Both the position numbers and the translations under genes were made by a program. A stretch of 64,000 bases of DNA from an uncultured bacterium. GTDB lineage: Bacteria; Latescibacterota; MWCZ01. The notes beneath the pieces were generated by a model, which was not told the DNA's origin, ran no database searches, and saw only the letters and a list, made by a program, of their open reading frames with translations. Location: positions 90,150 to 154,149 of the forward strand of contig CAZEAI010000002.1 of the NCBI GenBank assembly GCA_964510105.1, read 5' to 3'. This document shows positions 48,044 to 55,334 of this stretch, piece after piece. Within the stretch, counting starts at the first letter, position 1. Every line of letters begins with the position of its first letter.

Positions 48044-49348
48044 ATGAGCGACGCGCGCGAGAAACTCCCAATATCCGGCCTCTGGACATGGGATCACAGC
48101 ACGAACTGGTGCGGCGATCCGACCATGGTCGAGAGCGGCTGCTTCAACCTCTACCGCAAGGAGCCCGGCAGCTTCGTGGAGGACTACACCGCGCTGCTGG
48201 AGTTCGCCGGAGAGCGTGACATCCCGTACCTGATGATCGCCGGGCTGTTCCGCGACTCCCACGGCGGCGAGCAGAGCGTCACGGAGGTGCTGCGTGTCGC
48301 GCGCCAGTGCGGCGTAAGAATGCTCGCCGGGATCGGCGTCAACTCCTACGGCGGATACTACTGGGAGGGCGAGCACCTCTACAGCCTGGAGACGTGGCTG
48401 CGGGACCATCCCGAGCTACGCGCTGTCGTACCGGAAGCGCCTGTTCAGTGGCGTCCCGGCCTGCACGGGCTGGGCATGGCCTGCCCGATGCGCGAGGAGA
48501 CGGTCCGCTGGTACGAGGACGGTATGCGCTGGCTGCTGGACAACTTCGACGTCGCCGGCGCGTATCTGGAAACCGGCGATTACGGCATCTGCCAGTGCGA
48601 GCTGTGCGTCGCGCGGTCGAAGGAACGCGAGCAGGCGAAGTTGGACCTCGCCGAGCAGGACTTCATCAACGAGGCCATCGCCGGAAGGGTCTCGCACGAC
48701 GACATCGCTCTCGCCATGCCGACGGTGATCGACGCGGCGTACGCCGCCCGACCCGACTGCGACGTGGTATACGCCACGTATTCCGGCTTCAGCGCCGACA
48801 TCGCCGAACGTCCGCCAGCATTCATCGATACGATCTCGCCGAAAGCAATCTGCCAGTGGACGCTCACCGACATGCCGTACCCGCAACCATGGGGCGAAGC
48901 GTCGCTACGGCCGCCCGCCGCGCGGAACATCGGCTACAGCCATCTGACGAGTCAGTGGAGCGCGGCGAACACGCGGCATCGCGTCGCGCTGCGCTACATC
49001 GGCGAGCAATTCGCGCGCGCGGCGGACGCCGAGATGGAAGGCGTGTTCATCCACGGCGAGCAGTCGCCGGACATGTGCTTCGCCGCGCGGATGAACTACG
49101 AGGCGTTCGCGTACTTCCGGAAGTATCCCGGCGCGCCGCTCGACGCCCTGGCGCAGGACGTACTTGCGGAGCACTTCGGCGGCGCGGACGAAGCCGTCGA
49201 GGCGGTGGAGTGGATGACGAGCCCGGCGGAGGAGCGGGAACTCGTGCGCCGGATGGAGGTCTGCTCCGCGCGGGCGAAGAAGATGAGCGGCCGTCAGGCG
49301 GATAGCTGGACCGAGCTGGGCGCGGTGGTGCAGGCGGTGCTGTTGTAG
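48044..49348 (+). CDS. Hypothetical protein (434 aa), possible TIM-barrel glycosidase-like
   Basis: AAGGAG RBS 8 nt upstream. Balanced composition. Cys cluster ICQCELC. No family recognised. Confidence 0.65.
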   Translation: MSDAREKLPISGLWTWDHSTNWCGDPTMVESGCFNLYRKEPGSFVEDYTALLEFAGERDIPYLMIAGLFRDSHGGEQSVTEVLRVARQCGVRMLAGIGVNSYGGYYWEGEHLYSLETWLRDHPELRAVVPEAPVQWRPGLHGLGMACPMREETVRWYEDGMRWLLDNFDVAGAYLETGDYGICQCELCVARSKEREQAKLDLAEQDFINEAIAGRVSHDDIALAMPTVIDAAYAARPDCDVVYATYSGFSADIAERPPAFIDTISPKAICQWTLTDMPYPQPWGEASLRPPAARNIGYSHLTSQWSAANTRHRVALRYIGEQFARAADAEMEGVFIHGEQSPDMCFAARMNYEAFAYFRKYPGAPLDALAQDVLAEHFGGADEAVEAVEWMTSPAEERELVRRMEVCSARAKKMSGRQADSWTELGAVVQAVLL

Positions 49349-49356
49349 GGAGGGGG

Positions 49357-50328
49357 TCAACGAGGGACGACAGCGTTCTCGATTGGGCCGAGCTCGACGT
49401 CCGGCGGCAGCTCAACTTCAGGCGGCAGCAGTATCTTGAAGGTCCTCCGCTTGCCGCTAATATAGCGAACAAGCGCATCCGGTTCTTGGTTGAAGATCGA
49501 TTGGATGATGGTAGCATAGGGCGAGAGGTTCAGCGTCTTCGGGCCACGACCCTCCGCAGCCTCACTTTCCAGCACAGTTCGAAGCGAGTCCAAGTGCATG
49601 CCAATCGCTTTCAGAAGCGCGTCCACGTTCTCTGCAAGCCGCCTCCTATCGCTCGGAAGAGCGGCATCATCCCACATCTCAGACAAGAGCCTGATGACCG
49701 TGTTTGTGCGCTCGCAGATGCGATCCGTCTTAGGGAAGTGTTTCGATTCGGCGAGCCGTCTGGCCTCGAAGATAGAGGTTTCCGCATGTTCGAGCATCGC
49801 TTTGACCTGGTAGGCGATCCGCTCCCTGGGCCAGCTCCGCTCGTTAGCTTTGAGGATGAGGTCGTGCGTGGCGATGCTCCACGCATGGGCAAGAAAGGTC
49901 TTTATCTGGACCTCGAAAGGCATTCCGTGCAGCTCGGATCGCGGGAGGCGTGGGTCGTCATGCCACTCCACGTACAGCCGCGTATCGTCAAATCGGAAAC
50001 AGTCTGCACACTTGGTTGTCGTTTCCAAGCTTTCCGGCCGGCGTTCCACCAGCCTGAACCGATCCGTGACCATCTTCTCGGCAGTGTCGACCGCACTCAG
50101 GTTATCGACGACAATGGTGCATGCGAAGAAGTCCTCTAGTCTTGTTGGATTCGACACGCGGCCGGTTTCTAACTTGAGAGCATAGCTTTCGAGCTCCTTT
50201 AGCCGACTCTCGTAGTGCCACCGAGGCTGTCTAGGCGTCACGATGATGTCGTCAACGCGTTCTTTGAGTGGCCGGTAGGCATCGATGCAGTGTGCATGCA
50301 CATCACGAACCGATGTCGGCACCTTCAC
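49357..50328 (-). CDS. Divergent RelA/SpoT-domain (small-alarmone-synthetase-like) nucleotidyltransferase with ~160-aa C-terminal extension
   Basis: aa 40-160 contain SRLKELESYALKL (Syn1-like), DFFACTIVV (Syn2-like) and FEVQIKTFLAHAWSIATHDLILK (Syn4/5, compare E-x-Q-x-R-T...W...H..YK). GTG start overlaps the DUF262 stop (GTGA at 50325-50328). Local GC is about 50-53 % on hand-counted lines. Confidence 0.7.
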   Translation of the reverse strand: MKVPTSVRDVHAHCIDAYRPLKERVDDIIVTPRQPRWHYESRLKELESYALKLETGRVSNPTRLEDFFACTIVVDNLSAVDTAEKMVTDRFRLVERRPESLETTTKCADCFRFDDTRLYVEWHDDPRLPRSELHGMPFEVQIKTFLAHAWSIATHDLILKANERSWPRERIAYQVKAMLEHAETSIFEARRLAESKHFPKTDRICERTNTVIRLLSEMWDDAALPSDRRRLAENVDALLKAIGMHLDSLRTVLESEAAEGRGPKTLNLSPYATIIQSIFNQEPDALVRYISGKRRTFKILLPPEVELPPDVELGPIENAVVPR

Positions 50329-51434
50329 GACGCAACTCCCAGCATCGCCTCTCCGAGCGCGCGATGCCTCTCTTTGCGCTGAGGCGGCTCGGTCCTCGCG
50401 CCCATGCTGCTCTGGTAGTACGCAAAAGCCAGCCTATCCAGACGCGGCACGGCTTCGCCATCCGCTAGCTCCAAGGCCTTCTCCTGCTTGAATCTCCCGA
50501 CGCTGTTCATGAACTCCTCATACTGCTTTCCAAGGTCTGCCGGAGATGGGAGTCGGGGTAGATTCAGGGCAACGACAGCCCAGAGCGAATAGAAATTGGT
50601 CATATCCCGCGCGTACTCGGAAATCGCCGACGAGTCCCGTTCCACTTCGAGCAGATATCCTTTGGCGGAATCGAACTGCTGCCGCACGGACGGCCCATCG
50701 AGAGACGAATCCGCGAGGTCATCGACGTCATCGACGTCATCGACGTCATCGAGATCATCGTACTTGGCGTAGTAGCTGTTGATATCAGCTTGGTCAAATC
50801 CGCCCACATCGCCCCTGAAAAGGACTATGAGTAACTCCGACAGAAACTGAACGTCGCGCATTCTCTTGCGACGCGCTCTAGTCACGACACAGAGTTTCTC
50901 CCAATCGACGGATTCGGACTCCGTCTCTACGAGCTGGATGAACCATCCGCGGTACCTGGCGTGTCGGAGTTCCTGGTCTTTGAGATTCCGCTGGTTGCGG
51001 TTAAGCCGGTCGAATATCTCGTTGACAGTCCTGGTGTCAATGATATTCGTCATCTCAACGGGTATCATGTAGTCCCAGAACGCGCGGGCCAGCTCGTCGT
51101 CGTCGACGATGGATCGCCATTTCTGCCCTGCCAGCCGCGAGTCTCCGAAGTCCTTGTCTATCGCCAGCTTGTTGGCAGTGAACTGGAAGATGGTCTCGAG
51201 CCTCTGCTTGCCGTCCACCACTGAGTACACCGTCTTCCCATCTTCGATCTGCTTGTGAAGAAATATGGGAGGACTGGGATAGCCTCTGAAGATTGTGTCC
51301 AAGAAGAAGCGTCTATCCGCCGCACTCCAGACGCTTCTCCTCTGATATGGCGGGTCTATGTTCAGCTGCCCAACCGCCTCCAGATCGATAAACCAGCTGA
51401 TATCCTGCGTAGTCAAACGGCGGTTAATGACCAT
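50325..51434 (-). CDS. DUF262 (GmrS-type ParB-like) domain protein without a recognisable DUF1524/His-Me nuclease half
   Basis: PPYQRRSVWSAADRRFFLDTIFRGYPSPPIFL...VVDGKQRLETI is the classic DUF262 core (Y-Q-R...D-G-Q/K-Q-R). ATG 51434 lies behind GGAGGA. An acidic DDVDDVDDVDD linker is encoded by a 9-bp repeat. Confidence 0.85.
   Translation of the reverse strand: MVINRRLTTQDISWFIDLEAVGQLNIDPPYQRRSVWSAADRRFFLDTIFRGYPSPPIFLHKQIEDGKTVYSVVDGKQRLETIFQFTANKLAIDKDFGDSRLAGQKWRSIVDDDELARAFWDYMIPVEMTNIIDTRTVNEIFDRLNRNQRNLKDQELRHARYRGWFIQLVETESESVDWEKLCVVTRARRKRMRDVQFLSELLIVLFRGDVGGFDQADINSYYAKYDDLDDVDDVDDVDDLADSSLDGPSVRQQFDSAKGYLLEVERDSSAISEYARDMTNFYSLWAVVALNLPRLPSPADLGKQYEEFMNSVGRFKQEKALELADGEAVPRLDRLAFAYYQSSMGARTEPPQRKERHRALGEAMLGVAS
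50718..50753. repeat. In-frame 9-bp tandem repeat (GTCATCGAC x3 plus GTCATCGAG) inside the DUF262 gene
   Basis: Read directly at 50718-50753. It encodes the DDVDDVDDVDD(L) stretch on the minus strand. Confidence 0.9.
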
Positions 51435-52860
51435 GGCATCGTCCTCCGTACCGAGAGCTTTCGCTCGGTCCGCGGCCTCTATCTACGAAATGGGGTATCT
51501 CTTTCACCGCGGAAACCGTGAGGTGCCGACAGCGGATGCGATTGTTGAGCCAGTCGTCCGTACTTCGTGACTTCAGTTGCGCTACTGCCGCACGGCACTG
51601 CCTCAGCGTACCGTCGCGTGGGAGCAGGACCACTAGATGGTTCTCTACGGCGACGAGGCCCTTTCCCGCCACGATGGTCGCGACACCTCTGTGTCGGTCG
51701 CTGGGACTTGATGTCCGGTGAATCGTCACGAAAGGTCGCGGAAACACGGTACCGCTGAAACGTCGGGTCTCAGGAATCTCTCGAACGGTCTGCCAAGCGG
51801 GTGCCGTACGCGCATGGAGGTATGGGTAGACTGGGCCGATGAGCGGATCACGGTGGGGTACAACAGCACCTACGTGGACATCGAACGCGTCTCCTATGGT
51901 GGTGAGATCGAGCGACGTGGCGGATATATCCTCTGGCCAGCCACACTCCTCACCGTCCGCGCCGTTCACAACTGCGTGCAGGAGAAACACATCCACGTCC
52001 GTGTGTTCGTCGAAGCGACCTGCCGGTTCCACCTCCAGCGACCCACAACGTGCCCCGATGCTGTCACGCCACTTCCGATATCGAGACCCGCTACGAAGCA
52101 CGTCCGGCAGGACTGCGACGACCTGTTGTCCGCCGACGGCGCGGTCGAGTATCTGATCGAGAAACCAAGCGGCAACCTGAATCTTCCCCCGCGCCCATCG
52201 ACAGTCGGATGGTGCGAGCATGTGCCCAAACGGAGGATTGACCGCGAAACATGCGTTGCTCGGAAGAGCGTTCTGAGCTAGTGCGTCGCCGATCCGTACA
52301 CCTGTGAAAGCTTCGTAGGCATCTCTGGATCCGAGTCGGGAGGAGGATTCTGGGTGCAGGCTTTGCACCAAGAGTGCTAGTCGAAGTTGTGCCGCACGGA
52401 CGAACTCCGGGTGCAAATCGTGACCGAACAGGAGGGAGGACCAGATGGCAAGAGTGTGTTGCAGGTCAACGCCTCTGGGGAGGTACTTGGCTGACGCCAG
52501 AAGCAGATTCCCCGCCCCACATGCGGGATCAACAACTGCAGCGCCCGTGCCGAGAATCGGACCCAACCGCTCTGCCACTCTCTCCGCGAGGGCGCCATTC
52601 GTGAAGAAGATACCAGCATCTCGTCGCGTACGGAGCGGGACGAGTTCCTGCAGCGCGGTTGTCGCGTCACCATTCAGAAAGCCCGATATGAGTCGGTCGC
52701 GGTCGCCGGCCTGGGGTTGCAGCGCGAAGAGGCTTTCCATGCTGTCGCAGTAGGCAGCAAATCGCGCCACATCGTGGCGAACCAGATCGCGAGATGCCGC
52801 GAACACGGATCGCGATCCTGATTCGTTTACCCGGTCGGCAGCCAACTCTGGATCGGTCAC
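51424..52860 (-). CDS. Gamma-class N6-adenine DNA methyltransferase with its own putative target-recognition domain
   Basis: GIFFTNGALAERV (motif X-like), VVDPACGAGNLL (motif I, aa 109-120) and FAVNPPFG (motif IV, aa 205-212), in gamma-class order. The C-terminal ~230 aa are TRD-like. GTG start, so the exact start is uncertain. Stop TAA lies 11 nt inside the next ORF. Confidence 0.85.
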   Translation of the reverse strand: MTDPELAADRVNESGSRSVFAASRDLVRHDVARFAAYCDSMESLFALQPQAGDRDRLISGFLNGDATTALQELVPLRTRRDAGIFFTNGALAERVAERLGPILGTGAAVVDPACGAGNLLLASAKYLPRGVDLQHTLAIWSSLLFGHDLHPEFVRAAQLRLALLVQSLHPESSSRLGSRDAYEAFTGVRIGDALAQNALPSNACFAVNPPFGHMLAPSDCRWARGKIQVAAWFLDQILDRAVGGQQVVAVLPDVLRSGSRYRKWRDSIGARCGSLEVEPAGRFDEHTDVDVFLLHAVVNGADGEECGWPEDISATSLDLTTIGDAFDVHVGAVVPHRDPLIGPVYPYLHARTAPAWQTVREIPETRRFSGTVFPRPFVTIHRTSSPSDRHRGVATIVAGKGLVAVENHLVVLLPRDGTLRQCRAAVAQLKSRSTDDWLNNRIRCRHLTVSAVKEIPHFVDRGRGPSESSRYGGRCHGH

Positions 52861-52955
52861 AACTCTCGCCCCGTATACCTTCCCACGATCTCACGATGTA
52901 GCACGGTCAACACCGAAGGTACCGTGTCGCGCCACGACCTCCAAGCTGACACCGC

Positions 52956-55193
52956 CTACCCACTCACCAGCGTCCGATCGATCACCTCGTCGCGCACCTC
53001 CGGCGTCAGCGTGCGGAAGTACGCGCTGTAGCCGCTGATGCGCACGACCAGGTCCGGATGCAACTCCGGGTGCTCGCGCGCTTCCAGCAGCACTTCTGGA
53101 TCGACGAGGTTCACCTGCAACACGGACCCGCCGTAGTCGACGAAGCACCGCATCACGGCGCTCAACACGTCGGGACGGTGCCGCGTGCGAATGACCGGCA
53201 TCTTCACGTCGAGCACGGCGACGACGGGGTACGCCGTCATGTCCAGCGGCTCCAGCGCGCGGAGCACCTTGCTCGCGCCGCACTCGCGGCCCAGCGCGAT
53301 CATGCTCGGGCTCATGCCCGGCGAGAGGTGCTCCCCCGCGCGACGTCCATCGGGCGTGGCGCCGTTCATGTAGCCGAAGTTCGTGAACGTGCGGAACGAG
53401 AACAGGCTCGCCTCGTAGCATCCGCCGCGAGCGTTCTTGTGCCCGCGCGAGACACGCGCCACGTCCGCGAACACTTTTCCGGAGAACTCGCGGATCGCCG
53501 GGTCGTCGTGGCCGAACTTCGGGATGCGGTTCGCAAGGTGGCGGCGGAACGCCTCCTCGCCGTCGAAGTCGCTGTCGAGCATGTCGCGAAGCTGCTCGAA
53601 CGGCACATCGCGCTTCTCGAACACCGTCTCACGCACGGCGTAGAGCGAGTCGATGAGGGTCCCGATCCCCGCGAGGGAGACGCTGCCGAAGCTGTACCGC
53701 GCGCCGCCGGCCATCATGTCGCGCGCATTGTCGATGCAATCGTCGATGGTGGCGGAGTGCAGCGGACACGGGTTGTACTGCGTCCCGACGCGCTCCGCCT
53801 CGTTCCGAAACTCAATGTGTGTCTTCAGCGTCGCTTCGAGGTTCGCCAGGAACGCGTCGTAGACCTCGTCGAATGTGGCGCAGTCGTCGTACGTGCGGAT
53901 GCTGATCCCGTCCCGCTCGGAGAGGAACGCCCACCGGTCGGGGAAGAAGCCCATGAGGAACACCGCCGCCAGGCTCATGTAGATCGTCGCGCGGCTGTTG
54001 ATCTCGGTATTCTCCAGCACGTTCTCCTGGCAGCCGCCACCGACGTATATCCGGCAGTCGGCAAGCGCTTTGCCCATCTTCACGTTCGCGGGGATTACCA
54101 CGTCGTCGTTGAAGATGGAGAGCGAGTTGCAGCCGTCCGCCATGAGGTTCGCCAGCAGATCGAAGTATTCCGTCGGATGCTCGCCGGATACGCGGACGTT
54201 GAGCTTCGGATCGACCAACGAGAACTCGTCGTACACTTCGGCGATCATCCGTGTGATGTCGTTGAAGATCGCCACGCCGTCGGCGCCGCAGCCACCGAGC
54301 ATCACGGTGCCATTCGTGCCGGCGTGATTCGTCGCATCGCGCATGCCGAACCGCGCGTCGTTCTTAGCGAGGAAGAACGACAACAGGTCCTTCGCCTCGT
54401 CGCGCGCGATGCGTCCCGCGGCGAGGTCGGCATCGTAATACGGCGCGAGAATGCGGTCCAGATGCCCGATGATGCTGATGCCGTTGCCTTCCAGCGACTG
54501 CGTCGTCTCCCGCATGAACAGGATCGTCGCGAGCGCTTCGCGGAACGTCTCCGGCGGAGCGGCCGGGATGCGGCGGTACATCCGCGACATGGTGGCGAGG
54601 CGGTCGCGAATGACCGGATCGTCCTCGGCGGCCAACATGCGCTCGGCCTCGTCGACGAACCGCTCGGCGAGACGCATCTGCGCGCGCAGGCCGGCGATCA
54701 TGCAGTCGAGGAACTCGCGCTCGTCGTCGTCCGCGGTGGACCTCCGCTGGTCGGCGCGCGCGATCAGGCCGTCCAGCCCATGGCGGAAAACATTGTCCAT
54801 ACCGAGGCAGTGGTGGTTGTCGTCCAGCACGAGCCAGCCAAGCGACAGGCCCGATTCGTTGCACGGCTGCCACCACTCCCTGCCGGACGCCTCAAGCTCC
54901 TGGCCGAAGGGCTGCTGCTTGATCCATGATCCGACGCCGCCGGCGCCCAAGTCTGACCGCGGCTTGCCGACGCCGACCTCGTAGCAGAACGGGAAGTGGC
55001 GAAAGACGTGCACGGGACAGTGTTCCGCTATGGCCTCGTAGACGATCGTCTTGCCGCGGTATGTGGAGAGCCCCGGCTCGGCAGCGAACGCATCGGTGAG
55101 GTGCCGCTCGATGTGTGAGACATCGTTCGGCATGGACGCGTAGTACGCGTCGAACTCCTGGTCGAACGCCGCGCGCTCGTCTACGAATGCCAT
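52956..55193 (-). CDS. Glycyl radical enzyme (PFL-like superfamily), eliminase/dehydratase-type active site
   Basis: 745 aa. C-terminal glycyl-radical motif VVRISGYSAYF, Cys-loop YVGGGCQENVL (C-x-E), and ATPDGRRAGE. AAGGAAG RBS. Confidence 0.9.
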   Translation of the reverse strand: MAFVDERAAFDQEFDAYYASMPNDVSHIERHLTDAFAAEPGLSTYRGKTIVYEAIAEHCPVHVFRHFPFCYEVGVGKPRSDLGAGGVGSWIKQQPFGQELEASGREWWQPCNESGLSLGWLVLDDNHHCLGMDNVFRHGLDGLIARADQRRSTADDDEREFLDCMIAGLRAQMRLAERFVDEAERMLAAEDDPVIRDRLATMSRMYRRIPAAPPETFREALATILFMRETTQSLEGNGISIIGHLDRILAPYYDADLAAGRIARDEAKDLLSFFLAKNDARFGMRDATNHAGTNGTVMLGGCGADGVAIFNDITRMIAEVYDEFSLVDPKLNVRVSGEHPTEYFDLLANLMADGCNSLSIFNDDVVIPANVKMGKALADCRIYVGGGCQENVLENTEINSRATIYMSLAAVFLMGFFPDRWAFLSERDGISIRTYDDCATFDEVYDAFLANLEATLKTHIEFRNEAERVGTQYNPCPLHSATIDDCIDNARDMMAGGARYSFGSVSLAGIGTLIDSLYAVRETVFEKRDVPFEQLRDMLDSDFDGEEAFRRHLANRIPKFGHDDPAIREFSGKVFADVARVSRGHKNARGGCYEASLFSFRTFTNFGYMNGATPDGRRAGEHLSPGMSPSMIALGRECGASKVLRALEPLDMTAYPVVAVLDVKMPVIRTRHRPDVLSAVMRCFVDYGGSVLQVNLVDPEVLLEAREHPELHPDLVVRISGYSAYFRTLTPEVRDEVIDRTLVSG

Positions 55194-55219
55194 CGTACTT
55201 CCTTTCCGCTGCCGGATGC

Positions 55220-55270
55220 CTACTCCTCGTCCACGATGTACACAACTGTGGAGACGCGCGAATCGTCGTA
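55220..55270 (-). pseudogene. Relic of a cupin gene 3' end (16 codons plus stop)
   Basis: Minus-strand reading gives YDDSRVSTVVYIVDEE*, preceded by an in-frame TAG. It matches the C-terminus of the intact cupin at 57729-58043 (...RALTDVVTMYIVDEE*). It sits at the same distance and context upstream of a GRE start. Confidence 0.55.
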
Positions 55271-55334
55271 CTAGGCCCGCTCTGTTGCCGACGATCCTGT
55301 GTTGCGTGAGGGTCGTGGCGGCCCAAGCGCGCGT

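Noticed and set aside
49349-52955. Looked for integrase, transposase, tRNA attachment site or long direct repeats flanking the low-GC island.
   Set aside because: None found. The only shared flank string I noticed is the 7-mer GGTCAAC, which is too short to be meaningful. I therefore do not call a mobile element.
53058-54929. 623-aa plus-strand ORF opposite the glycyl radical enzyme. Likewise 62554-63717 opposite the amidohydrolase and GRE-2.
   Set aside because: The minus-strand products carry diagnostic GRE and amidohydrolase motifs. The antisense ORFs are Arg/His/Val-rich shadows.
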